A DNA stretch of 64,000 nucleotides from a virus, in IMG/VR virus record IMGVR_UViG_3300025789_000028, positions 1 to 64,000 of that record. One strand, given 5' to 3'. A program made the position numbers and the translations under genes. The notes below the pieces were generated by a model, which was not told the DNA's origin, did no database searches, and worked only from the letters and a program-made list of their open reading frames with translations. This document shows, one piece after another, positions 8,523-17,692 of the stretch (the first letter of the stretch is position 1; each line of letters starts with the position of its first letter).

Positions 8523-8570
8523 CAATAAATCATTTTGGGTATATAATACTTGTATTGATTGATTAAAGGA
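8519..8570 (+). promoter_or_regulatory. early promoter+RBS cassette repeat
   Basis: Near-identical to 8234-8285. Confidence 0.85.
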
Positions 8571-8577
8571 CTACAAA

Positions 8578-8799
8578 ATGGCTTTCGAAAAAATCGTTCT
8601 CGACAAAGTTGCTAAGGTACTCAAAGATGACAATCGTGCCGCATTTATCTGTGGTACTCTTTTTGTTGAATGTTCGGAAGTTGAGGCACGCAAGGTGTTT
8701 CACAAACTGAGCAAAGACTATGGTCTTGGTAAGGTTCAAGTCAGTGGCCCTATCAATGGTCCTGTAATGCCCGAGTTTGCATACGATTTTGTTGCTTAA
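8578..8799 (+). CDS. early hypothetical protein
   Basis: Behind cassette. Confidence 0.8.
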   Translation: MAFEKIVLDKVAKVLKDDNRAAFICGTLFVECSEVEARKVFHKLSKDYGLGKVQVSGPINGPVMPEFAYDFVA

Positions 8800-8811
8800 G
8801 GAGTATTTGTA

Positions 8812-9585
8812 ATGGCTGGATTTGTTGATGTTAGTGGTATGACATATGAACAGGTTCGCCGCATGGGTCATGCTGACGATTGTGACGAACCTAAAACTTT
8901 CAACCGTAACCCTTACGCATATCGTAAGCCTGTAAAAAAGACGAATACGGTTGTTACCAGCTACAACGCTACTGATGTTTGGGCCGCGGCAGTAGCCAGT
9001 CAACGTATCAATGGTAGTTATGTTAAACTAAGTGTTATTTCTGAATCCGATCCTGATCTGACTAAAAAGTCTAATCGTATGCTTGTACAGGAACTGTTGT
9101 CTGATGCTTCACGTATCACCGATGAGGATCGTGAACAAGGTCTTAAGGTTCGTAGTTTCTTTCAAGGCTATACTTTTAAGGTACTTAAGGGTACCCGGTT
9201 GAGTGAATTTGACAACACAGCAATGTTACTTGCAAACAAGGAAACAATTGATAGTGCATACGATATTGCAGTTATCGCAAGTTTGCCATCAGTATATGAG
9301 CGTGGCATTGTACGCCAAACAGTAGAACAACGTGTTGCGTTTGCTACTGGTGGATTCATTGGCAATGTAAATGATAAGGTATCTACTGCAATTGAAGTAC
9401 TCAAGTCTGTATACTCAATGAAGTGGAACACACATTACATTACTGGTATTAATAGTGATGATCAGGTTGTGTTTTTTGCGTACAAGGAAGAACTGCCTGT
9501 AGGTAAGATGTTTGATATTTACTGTACTGTTAAAGCACATCGTGACAACAGCACCCAACTCAATCGTGTAAAGGTGATTGTATGA
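8812..9585 (+). CDS. hypothetical protein with C-terminal OB-fold-like region
   Basis: AAGGAG RBS; TVKAH..TQLNRVK. Confidence 0.7.
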   Translation: MAGFVDVSGMTYEQVRRMGHADDCDEPKTFNRNPYAYRKPVKKTNTVVTSYNATDVWAAAVASQRINGSYVKLSVISESDPDLTKKSNRMLVQELLSDASRITDEDREQGLKVRSFFQGYTFKVLKGTRLSEFDNTAMLLANKETIDSAYDIAVIASLPSVYERGIVRQTVEQRVAFATGGFIGNVNDKVSTAIEVLKSVYSMKWNTHYITGINSDDQVVFFAYKEELPVGKMFDIYCTVKAHRDNSTQLNRVKVIV

Positions 9586-9707
9586 ATTTTTTAACCGGTG
9601 TTATTGTAGGTATTATTGTTGCTACAGTAGGCTTTGGTGGCATCGCTAAAATAGCCGACAAAGGTGTGGACAAACTCAAAGAAGTTACTATTGAACAAAC
9701 ACGGTAA
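9582..9707 (+). CDS. 41-aa membrane microprotein
   Basis: MNFLTGVIVGIIVATVGFGG; ATGA coupling. Confidence 0.65.
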   Translation: MNFLTGVIVGIIVATVGFGGIAKIADKGVDKLKEVTIEQTR

Positions 9708-9719
9708 TAGGATTATATA

Positions 9720-10079
9720 ATGGCAGGCTATAACGCAGTATTAGAATTTCGTAGGCTTGAAAAAGCCATAGACGACCTTGGCTTTATGCTTTGCGCACCT
9801 AAACATGGAAGTTGGGGGTCAGAGGACACCGGTGATAGAGTTGCAATCAAACCTAAGGATACAGACAGCTTACCTATTTACAGCCGTGATGCAGAAGTGT
9901 TTACAGGTACATTGGAACAACTACAAACATGGATTCGTGGTGTAGCCTGGGCCCGTGAATATGACATGATGCTAAAGTTGAGTGACGATAGAAAGCGACA
10001 ACGTAAAGAGCAGGATGCACGTAATCAGCAATTAGTCAGGATTCTAAAGAACGAAAAAGCGGAATATAAGGGTAATTAG
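9720..10079 (+). CDS. hypothetical protein
   Basis: AGGA RBS. Confidence 0.8.
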   Translation: MAGYNAVLEFRRLEKAIDDLGFMLCAPKHGSWGSEDTGDRVAIKPKDTDSLPIYSRDAEVFTGTLEQLQTWIRGVAWAREYDMMLKLSDDRKRQRKEQDARNQQLVRILKNEKAEYKGN

Positions 10080-10917
10080 GATTTGTTTCATACAATGCTA
10101 AGTCAACATAATATGGATCAAGATTAAATTCATTTACCAATCTGTTATAGATGGTGTCTAAATGTGTTTTATCTAGGTAATGTCTTTTTGATATTACTAA
10201 TGATCCATATACTTTCGGATCAGCATCTTGTAATACATCAATGCAGGTGTCTAAATATTCTCTACGTATGGGTTCCATTCTTTTATAGAAAAATTCATAG
10301 GCAACAAATTCACTAGGCAGTCTATGTTTTACACTTGCTGTCTCTAGGAATATCTCCTCAACATTTACTGATGCTAATAACTGACGCACAGTTTCGGTAT
10401 CTAAAATAAAAGGGGTCGTAGGATATCTACACACCTTAGGAATAGGCAAATTTGTTTTGTTATGAAATATTTCAGCAAATTGTTTCCAAGTGTCCATGTC
10501 TGGATTAGACCAATTGCGATATATCATCATTGGTTCAAAGTTTAAAAAATTGTATATTGATCTAGTTTGTACTAAAAGATTTTTGCTATCAAATATAGTG
10601 TATTTGGGTGTATATATAACTTGAGAAACATATAGTTTTATGATTTGCTGTCTGAGCCAGCCGTTGTCTTTTACAAACTCTACACCATCCAATAGTGTAG
10701 GGAATACATATGGATGTGTTTCTTTGGTCATTAATACCAATTTATGTTTAACATAAATTTTTTGTAAATCAGATTTCCATTTGTTTATATCATGCTTTGT
10801 GGATTCTATGACAACAATATGTTGCACTGGCTCATCCAAATATTTTTCAAAACTATGTGCTTGTAGGTATAATTGATATCTATCTCTATCACAGGTAACG
10901 GTTACGATTGTTTCCAT
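10036..10917 (-). CDS. DUF6492-like glycosyltransferase-fold protein
   Basis: GWLRQQIIKL and DSKN motifs; start METIV 4 nt after ATAAATA. Confidence 0.55.
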   Translation of the reverse strand: METIVTVTCDRDRYQLYLQAHSFEKYLDEPVQHIVVIESTKHDINKWKSDLQKIYVKHKLVLMTKETHPYVFPTLLDGVEFVKDNGWLRQQIIKLYVSQVIYTPKYTIFDSKNLLVQTRSIYNFLNFEPMMIYRNWSNPDMDTWKQFAEIFHNKTNLPIPKVCRYPTTPFILDTETVRQLLASVNVEEIFLETASVKHRLPSEFVAYEFFYKRMEPIRREYLDTCIDVLQDADPKVYGSLVISKRHYLDKTHLDTIYNRLVNEFNLDPYYVDLALYETNPNYPYIPLFRSLES

Positions 10918-10940
10918 CACATATTTATTAGACAAAAGGC

Positions 10941-10969
10941 TTGACTTTAAATAGATTTTGTTGTATACT
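10941..10969 (+). promoter_or_regulatory. early promoter for ligase
   Basis: TTGACT-17-TATACT. Confidence 0.65.
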
Positions 10970-10999
10970 GTTATTAATACGGTTAATAGGAGTTGATGA

Positions 11000-12346
11000 A
11001 TGAGTGCAAGTTGGATTAATAAACTAAACGAAAGTGACAGTCGCCTACACAAGGAAGATGTTATTCGTCAGGCGCTTGAGGCAAGTGTCCTTGGTAGTAG
11101 TAATTCTATTAACTTCCTTTCATTTGTGAAGGCATGTTACAATCCTTATCTAACATTTGGGGTGCGTCAAATTCCTGACACCATTGGCATCATCGATGCT
11201 GAGAATCCTTGGGAAGACTTCAATGAACTTATGATTCAACTGGGACAACGTAGGTTGTCAGGTCATGCCGCACGTGATGCAATTGATGAATTAAGCCAGC
11301 GTTTTGATAGTAATGAATGGAACACATTCTTAGCTCCAGTACTGCGCCGTGACTTACGTGCAGGTGTTAGTGAAAAAACTATTAACAAAATCTGCAAAGG
11401 TACTGACTATGAGATTCCAGTGTTCGGTTGCCAACTAGCAACCAATAGCGAAGGTCGTCCTGAAATGAAAGGTGTCAAACGTCTTGAGCCTAAACTAGAC
11501 GGTGTTCGTGCATTGTTTGTTGTTATCCCTAGCGACTTTGGTGTCACTACTATTTGCTATAGCCGTAATGGTAAAGTGTTTGAAAACTTTAGTCACATTG
11601 AAGAACAAATTCAATCTGCATATACAAAGATTTGCCGTTCGGCATCACGTGTTGATCAAGGTCGTAGTCTTGTTGATGGCTTTGTATTTGATGGTGAAGT
11701 AATTGGCAATACATTTCAAGAACTTATGCGTCAGGCTCGCCGTAAAGAAAATGCACAAGCAGAGGATAGCGTGTTCAATGTGTTTGATGTTATCCCGTTG
11801 GCTGACTTCCGTCGAGGTTATTGGAATGCACAATTACATAAGCGTATTAATATCCTTGAATCTATTCGAGGTATTATTGATGAATTGCCTAATGTTGAAT
11901 TGCTACCGCACTTGATGGTTGACTTGGATACATCAGAAGGCAAAGACCAACTTGATCGTTATGCTAAAGATCAGGTTAACGCAGGCTTTGAAGGTATCAT
12001 GATTAAAAACGTTGATGCACCTTACGAGTGCAAACGCAGTACATCATGGATGAAGTTTAAGCCTGTTTATGACTATGACCTGACCGTAATCGGTGTTGAA
12101 GAAGGTACCGGTAAGAATCAAGGTCGCATGGGCGCTTTAGTGTGCGAGGGCATTGATGACGGTAAGCATATCACAGTCAATGTTGGTAGTGGTTATACGG
12201 ATGTAGAACGACAATCATACTGGGATGACAAGGAAAGTGTTATTGGTCAGACTGCGGTGGTGATGGCTGACGCTGTTACTCAGAATCAAGACGGGTCATA
12301 TAGCCTACGATTCCCTAGATTCAAGACTTTCCGTGACGATAAGTGA
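11000..12346 (+). CDS. lig: ATP-dependent DNA ligase (T4 gp30-like)
   Basis: EPKLDGVR, FDGE, EGIMIK, KRS..WMK, LRFPRF motifs. Confidence 0.95.
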   Translation: MSASWINKLNESDSRLHKEDVIRQALEASVLGSSNSINFLSFVKACYNPYLTFGVRQIPDTIGIIDAENPWEDFNELMIQLGQRRLSGHAARDAIDELSQRFDSNEWNTFLAPVLRRDLRAGVSEKTINKICKGTDYEIPVFGCQLATNSEGRPEMKGVKRLEPKLDGVRALFVVIPSDFGVTTICYSRNGKVFENFSHIEEQIQSAYTKICRSASRVDQGRSLVDGFVFDGEVIGNTFQELMRQARRKENAQAEDSVFNVFDVIPLADFRRGYWNAQLHKRINILESIRGIIDELPNVELLPHLMVDLDTSEGKDQLDRYAKDQVNAGFEGIMIKNVDAPYECKRSTSWMKFKPVYDYDLTVIGVEEGTGKNQGRMGALVCEGIDDGKHITVNVGSGYTDVERQSYWDDKESVIGQTAVVMADAVTQNQDGSYSLRFPRFKTFRDDK

Positions 12347-12418
12347 TTTACAGTTATCAAAGTGCCAACGAACCATCGCTGATTTGCCACCAGTAGCATT
12401 ACAATGTGGACATGACAC
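12305..12418 (-). pseudogene. zinc-finger remnant of homing endonuclease C-terminus
   Basis: VSCPHCNATGGKSAMVRWHFDNCK directly behind CATAAATA. Confidence 0.5.
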
Positions 12419-12437
12419 AATTATTTATGCCAAATAC

Positions 12438-12490
12438 TTGACAATAAATAAATTTGGTGCTATACTATAGTCATAGTAACAAAACAGGAG
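12438..12490 (+). promoter_or_regulatory. early promoter+RBS cassette
   Basis: TTGACAATAAATAAATTTGGTGCTATACT..AGGAG. Confidence 0.8.
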
Positions 12491-12496
12491 TTCAAC

Positions 12497-12685
12497 ATGA
12501 ACGAACGAATCGCAAAACTATATGACCAAGCAACCATTTTAGAAGGCAATGGCGACTACGTGGCAGGTGAGTTGGATCCTGTAAAGTTCGCCGAATTGAT
12601 TGTTCGGGAATGTATTGATACTGCCTTTCATAAAGGTCATCCCGATTTAGAATTTTTGTTGAAACATTTCGGAGTTACAGAATGA
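12497..12685 (+). CDS. MNERI family small protein
   Basis: KFAELIVREC, KHFGVTE. Confidence 0.8.
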   Translation: MNERIAKLYDQATILEGNGDYVAGELDPVKFAELIVRECIDTAFHKGHPDLEFLLKHFGVTE

Positions 12686-12909
12686 ACAAACGAATTGTGA
12701 GACTTATTGACCAAATGGATCAATCGGGTATTCCATATCAGGCTGGCGATAACTTAATGACGATCACAGACAGATACTTGGAAAAGTTCGCCGAGTTGAT
12801 TGTTAGGGAAATGTTAGATATTTTTGATAAACGTGCCGAACCAGGTACAGGTTTTTATGAACCGCAAGAACCTGCTGAGATGATTCGACAACATTTTGGA
12901 GTTGAATGA
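12682..12909 (+). CDS. MNERI family small protein
   Basis: KFAELIVRE, QHFGVE. Confidence 0.8.
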   Translation: MNKRIVRLIDQMDQSGIPYQAGDNLMTITDRYLEKFAELIVREMLDIFDKRAEPGTGFYEPQEPAEMIRQHFGVE

Positions 12910-13121
12910 TGACCAATCAAGAACTTGTTGATACACTGAACACAGCCAGTGAAAGTGCTGGTGGCAATATTGCCCTGTCCATGCTTTTGAAAATTGCCGC
13001 AGACCGTATTCTAGAATTGGATGACCGATGTGATGAATTGGCCGCAGACAAAGGTACTTATTTTAGGTTATATGAAGCATTGTGTATTAAAGTTGAATCA
13101 GACAAGAGGGCAAAAGAATGA
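12906..13121 (+). CDS. hypothetical protein
   Basis: ATGA coupling; AADRILEL. Confidence 0.75.
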   Translation: MMTNQELVDTLNTASESAGGNIALSMLLKIAADRILELDDRCDELAADKGTYFRLYEALCIKVESDKRAKE

Positions 13122-13330
13122 ACGAACGAATTAAAGAACTTGCTGAACAGGCTGGTGGAGAATTTTATGAAGGATTTGCTGGAGGTACGAACTTTGTCAA
13201 ATTTGCAGAAGATGATTTTGAAAAGTTCGCCGGGTTGCTTGTTAGGGAATGTGCCGTAATGACTCGCAATCTATCAGCACACGGCGAACTTGCTGAAAAG
13301 GCAGTTAAAGAACATTTCGGAGTTAAATAA
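13118..13330 (+). CDS. MNERI family small protein
   Basis: MNERIKELAEQA, KFAGLLVREC, EHFGVK. Confidence 0.8.
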   Translation: MNERIKELAEQAGGEFYEGFAGGTNFVKFAEDDFEKFAGLLVRECAVMTRNLSAHGELAEKAVKEHFGVK

Positions 13331-13335
13331 ATTAT

Positions 13336-13408
13336 ACCCCGGTAGCTCAGATGGTAGAGCAGAGGATTGAAAATCCTTGTGTCGGTGGTTCAACTCCATC
13401 CCGGGTGA
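13336..13408 (+). tRNA. trnF: tRNA-Phe(GAA), imperfect acceptor stem
   Basis: GCTC/GAGC D arm, GAGGA-TTGAAAA-TCCTT anticodon arm, TTCAACT T loop; top 2 acceptor pairs mismatched, no full CCA. Confidence 0.8.
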
Positions 13409-13424
13409 CCTTTAATAAAGATAA

Positions 13425-13529
13425 ATGATGAGCAATGACCGATTTTTTTATGGATGTATACTAGCATTATTTTTGGTGATGGCTGGTCATCCTATACTGG
13501 CATTTCTCCTATTTCTTTGCGTACTATAA
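13425..13529 (+). CDS. 34-aa hydrophobic microprotein
   Basis: FFYGCILALFLVMAGHPILAFLLFLCVL. Confidence 0.45.
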   Translation: MMSNDRFFYGCILALFLVMAGHPILAFLLFLCVL

Positions 13530-13564
13530 TATTTTATAGTATAATATAATTTTAAGGAACAGTT

Positions 13565-14242
13565 ATGGTAACTTTGGTTAAACACGAATGGCATCAAGTA
13601 GATAGCCAGTTTGCTTATGAACTTGATATGGATACTCTTGCGCAGATTTATCCTGACATGAAGAAACGTGAACTCAAGGCGTTGATGAAACAAATTGAAA
13701 AGGGTGAATACGATATTGATGATTTGCTTAATGATGCATACGACAATGATGTAGAAATTGAATGGGAACGTCAGTATGATGATTGGTGGACTGATCGTAA
13801 GGGTGGATATGATGTTACATATGAATTAGGTAATGAAGATAGTTGGCATAATGAATCTCCTCCAACTGAACCAACACACAAATGTACAAAGTGTAAGTGG
13901 ATTGGTCAACGATATCAAACAATTACACAACATTTACGTGAAGATGGCACAGTAATTGAAGATTACTATTCCTCTGAAGAAATTTCAACTAGTACAAAAG
14001 ATGTTTGCCCTATGTGTGATAGTGAACTCAAATTGACTGAAGAGGGTATCAAGGAAGAACAAGAACGACTAGAACGTGAAGCACAATGGGCTAAATGGGA
14101 AGCAGACAATCTTGAAGTTAATGACGATAACGAACAAGAAGTTGTCGATGCCATTGCAGAACTAGAAACTGCATTTGCAGAACTTGACAAAGCCATTGAA
14201 ATAGAAAAGAAAGTCAAGAAAGTTAAAAAGACTAAAAAATGA
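13565..14242 (+). CDS. acidic hypothetical protein with Zn ribbon
   Basis: CTKC...CPMC; AAGGA RBS. Confidence 0.8.
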   Translation: MVTLVKHEWHQVDSQFAYELDMDTLAQIYPDMKKRELKALMKQIEKGEYDIDDLLNDAYDNDVEIEWERQYDDWWTDRKGGYDVTYELGNEDSWHNESPPTEPTHKCTKCKWIGQRYQTITQHLREDGTVIEDYYSSEEISTSTKDVCPMCDSELKLTEEGIKEEQERLEREAQWAKWEADNLEVNDDNEQEVVDAIAELETAFAELDKAIEIEKKVKKVKKTKK

Positions 14243-14508
14243 CAGATGATGAAGAAATGAACTTACTGATCCAGCGTGACAAAGAATATGTTGCTGGTGA
14301 AAGTGCAAAGTATTTAGGTAAAAAATACACGTTTCCTGATGGGAACTATATTGAAGTAATTCAAATCAAAAGTCGTGGCCCTGGACAAAACTATATCACG
14401 TACCACATCAAGCAAGGCCCTGGCATTGATAGAAAATTGATTATACCTTTATCAGAGTTTGGTGGAACGTATGGACATTTGTTTCAGGGAAACGCGGAGA
14501 AAAAGTAA
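14239..14508 (+). CDS. hypothetical protein
   Basis: ATGA coupling. Confidence 0.75.
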   Translation: MTDDEEMNLLIQRDKEYVAGESAKYLGKKYTFPDGNYIEVIQIKSRGPGQNYITYHIKQGPGIDRKLIIPLSEFGGTYGHLFQGNAEKK

Positions 14509-14518
14509 TAAATATAAC

Positions 14519-16165
14519 ATGTCCACTCTAAAAAAGATATTCAGTTTATCAACACTTACACTAGCAGTAGCACTTACATTAAGTGTTATTGCCGCCTGGT
14601 ATAGTATCCAAGGCTTGGTAGCAATTTTCGCCGCGGCGGTTGTTCCCATTATGATCATGGGAGGCTCATTGGAGTTTGCCAAAGTTGTGACTACATTGTG
14701 GCTGCATACCTATTGGAATCGTGCATCAATATTACTACGATTATATCTAGTGCCTGCGGTCGTGTTTTTAGCACTACTAACAAGCATGGGTATCTTTGGA
14801 TTTTTAAGTAAAGCACATAGTGATCAAAGTTTAGTTAGTGGTGATGTCGCTGCCAAACTTGCAATCTACGATGAAAAGATTAAAACTGAAAAAGATAATA
14901 TTGAAACTGCACGTAAAGCCTTGCAACAAATGGATGCACAGGTTGATGCTAGATTAAGTCGTAGTGACGATGATAAGGGCGCCGAACGTGCGGTTGCCAT
15001 TCGTAAGCAACAAGCAAAAGAACGTGCAGACTTACAGAAAACTATCAGCGATTCACAAAATAAGATTTCACAAATAAATGAAGAACGTGCTCCGGTTGCG
15101 GCTGAAAATCGTAAGGTCGAGGCTGAAGTAGGTCCTATCAAATACATTGCCGCATTAATCTATGGTGATAATCCAGACAGTAGTTTACTTGAACGTGCTG
15201 TGCGTTGGGTTATTATATTGATTGTGTTTGTATTTGACCCACTAGCACTTACCCTTGTGTTGGCAAGTACATCAAGTTATGAATGGATGAATGAAGAAGA
15301 AACAAAGGTTGAAGAACCTAAAGTTGAAACTGACCCAGAACTTGAAGAGTTTGAAAAAGCATTTGATGAGGGTTTTGAGGATGAACCCACAGTAGAAGAA
15401 ATAGTGGAAGAAGTAGAAGACGAACCTATTCTTTGCTATAAGTGTAATACACCATTACTTAACGCTCCGGGTATAGGACCATTCTGTCCTAACAAGTCAT
15501 GTGACGTTATCGATGGTCCTTTTATGGAGGAAGAAAATGTTACAGATGTACAAACAACTATTGTTGAACCAAATGGAGTGGTGGGAGAAGAATTACCAGA
15601 ACAAGATACTACCCATGCAGACGAACCTAATGTGGACGATGTTCACAGAGTGGAGCCAATTGAAAACGAAATTACAGAAGTAATTACTACTGATGCAGAA
15701 ATTACAATTGATCAAGTTGAGCCAATTAAAGAATTGCCCCCACAGCCTGAAATTAGAACTGAAGGTGTTACACTAGAAGAAGTACACGAAGGTTATGTGC
15801 AGTTTGAAGGTAAGTCAATTACCAAACATGCATTACAAGAAATGCGTCCTGATTTATTCAGATTGTCATTGACTGATGGACATCCTGTAAGCACAAACTT
15901 TGGAACACAATTCCCTAAGTTTGCTGAAAAAGGAAGTATCTTTGTACGTGTAGATGTTTTACCTAATCGTGTTTACAAGTTTGATGGTAGTAGATGGATA
16001 GAGACAAATAAAGATCAAAGTGATTCATACCTATATGATGAACACTACATACAACATTTAATTCATAAAATTGACACTGGTGAATACGATATTGAATTGC
16101 TTTCTGAAAAAGAAAAAGCACAAATCGAATCATATTTGAGCGAACAAAATTCGCAAGATAAGTAA
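14519..16165 (+). CDS. multi-pass membrane protein with coiled coil, acidic region and Zn ribbon
   Basis: N-terminal TMs, coiled coil, TM (FDPLA), CYKC..CPNKSC; start MSTLKK. Confidence 0.8.
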   Translation: MSTLKKIFSLSTLTLAVALTLSVIAAWYSIQGLVAIFAAAVVPIMIMGGSLEFAKVVTTLWLHTYWNRASILLRLYLVPAVVFLALLTSMGIFGFLSKAHSDQSLVSGDVAAKLAIYDEKIKTEKDNIETARKALQQMDAQVDARLSRSDDDKGAERAVAIRKQQAKERADLQKTISDSQNKISQINEERAPVAAENRKVEAEVGPIKYIAALIYGDNPDSSLLERAVRWVIILIVFVFDPLALTLVLASTSSYEWMNEEETKVEEPKVETDPELEEFEKAFDEGFEDEPTVEEIVEEVEDEPILCYKCNTPLLNAPGIGPFCPNKSCDVIDGPFMEEENVTDVQTTIVEPNGVVGEELPEQDTTHADEPNVDDVHRVEPIENEITEVITTDAEITIDQVEPIKELPPQPEIRTEGVTLEEVHEGYVQFEGKSITKHALQEMRPDLFRLSLTDGHPVSTNFGTQFPKFAEKGSIFVRVDVLPNRVYKFDGSRWIETNKDQSDSYLYDEHYIQHLIHKIDTGEYDIELLSEKEKAQIESYLSEQNSQDK

Positions 16166-16169
16166 TAGT

Positions 16170-17369
16170 ATGGCAGAAAAGAAATTAACTCATTGCTCTT
16201 TTTGTGGCAATCATAAAGACCAGGTTTCAAAATTAATTGTCGGAGATGATGTTGCTATTTGTAGCGCATGTATCGACTTGTGCAACAATCTTATTGTTGA
16301 CGAGAAAACCGCAGATGAACCTAAAAAGATTGAATCAAATGATTTTGACGCATACACTATTAAAGATCATTTAGATAGTCTTGTTATTGGACAAGACAAT
16401 GCTAAAATGGTATTAAGCGTTGCTATTGCTAATCACTATAAGCGTATCAATTATCCTCCCAAAGATTTAGAAATTCAAAAAGGTAATGTGTTACTGGTTG
16501 GTCCTACTGGTAGTGGTAAAACATTACTTGCACGTAGCGTTGCCAAATATCTTAACGTTCCTTTTGTAGTTGCTGATGCAACCAGCTTAACAGAAGCAGG
16601 TTATGTTGGTGAAGACGTTGAAAGTATGATTAGCATGTTGCTTGCTATGGCTGACGGTGATGTTAAACTAGCAGAACGTGGCATTATCTTTATTGACGAA
16701 GTTGACAAGATCAGCCGTAAAAGCGAAAGCGCAAGTATCACACGTGACGTAAGCGGCGAAGGTGTTCAACAAGCATTGCTTAAACTAGTAGAAGGTACAA
16801 AGTGTCGTGTAACTGCTAATGGCAAACGCAAGAATCCACAAGGTGATATGATTGAAGTTGATACTAAAAACATACTATTCATTGCCGGTGGCGCATTTGT
16901 TGGATTAAATGAAATCATTAAAAATAGAGTACAAGGTAGTGGCATGGGTTTTGGTGCAACTATCAAACCTAAAGATCAAGCAGTAGATTTATCAAAATCT
17001 ACTCCTGATGACTTGGTTAAATTTGGTATGATTCCTGAATTCATTGGTCGCTTTACTACTACCATTGCACTAGAAGAATTGTCATTAGAACAATTAGTAT
17101 CTGTATTAACCAATGTTAAAAACAGTTTCATTGACCAATACAAATACTTGTTTAGTATTGATAACATTGAATTGTCATTTACTGATGATGCCATCAAACA
17201 ACTTGCTCAAAATTGTATTGATTTAAAGACAGGTGCACGTGGTCTACAAACAGAATTAGAAAAAGTATTGATGCCGCATATGTTCCATATTCACAAATAC
17301 AAGAAAAATAATATCACCGAGATAAATATTACTACAAATTTGGTAAAGGAACCCAAGGCAGGTATATGA
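16170..17369 (+). CDS. clpX: ClpX ATPase
   Basis: CSFC..C..C Zn finger, GPTGSGKT, GYVGEDVE, IDEVDK, RDVSGEGVQQALLK, GARGL. Confidence 0.97.
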   Translation: MAEKKLTHCSFCGNHKDQVSKLIVGDDVAICSACIDLCNNLIVDEKTADEPKKIESNDFDAYTIKDHLDSLVIGQDNAKMVLSVAIANHYKRINYPPKDLEIQKGNVLLVGPTGSGKTLLARSVAKYLNVPFVVADATSLTEAGYVGEDVESMISMLLAMADGDVKLAERGIIFIDEVDKISRKSESASITRDVSGEGVQQALLKLVEGTKCRVTANGKRKNPQGDMIEVDTKNILFIAGGAFVGLNEIIKNRVQGSGMGFGATIKPKDQAVDLSKSTPDDLVKFGMIPEFIGRFTTTIALEELSLEQLVSVLTNVKNSFIDQYKYLFSIDNIELSFTDDAIKQLAQNCIDLKTGARGLQTELEKVLMPHMFHIHKYKKNNITEINITTNLVKEPKAGI

Positions 17370-17587
17370 AATCATTCGGTAGAAAAGTATTAGTACAAGA
17401 CGGTAATTTTGAAAAAGCACTACGCAAACTAAAGAAAAAAGTTACAGAGTCTAATTTGCTTCAAGAAGTGCGTGACCGTGAAGCATACGTTAAACCAACC
17501 ACAAAAAGAAAAATCGCAAAGAGCCAAGCCAAGAGCCGTTGGCGCAAACATATTCGTTCACAAGAACTTCCACCCAAACTATTTTGA
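17366..17587 (+). CDS. rpsU: ribosomal protein bS21
   Basis: FEKALRKLKKKV...EVRDREAYVKPTTKRK. Confidence 0.9.
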   Translation: MKSFGRKVLVQDGNFEKALRKLKKKVTESNLLQEVRDREAYVKPTTKRKIAKSQAKSRWRKHIRSQELPPKLF

Positions 17588-17632
17588 CCAAAATAGTTTA
17601 TTTTTTTGCGTAATAGTGTATAATAAATAATG

Positions 17633-17692
17633 TTGTAGATGCCGATAGTCGGGTCTACAATAGTCATATTTGCTTATAGGAGAAATAAAATG
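17633..17692 (+). ncRNA. ROSE-like 5'UTR structure (putative RNA thermometer)
   Basis: TTGTAGA..TCTACAA hairpin, then TTGCT 3 nt before AGGAG, upstream of sHSP gene. Confidence 0.5.

Noticed and set aside
7578-8570. CRISPR array interpretation of the regularly spaced repeats
   Set aside because: Intervening segments are 230-340 nt protein-coding genes, repeats are promoter+RBS, and no cas genes are seen.
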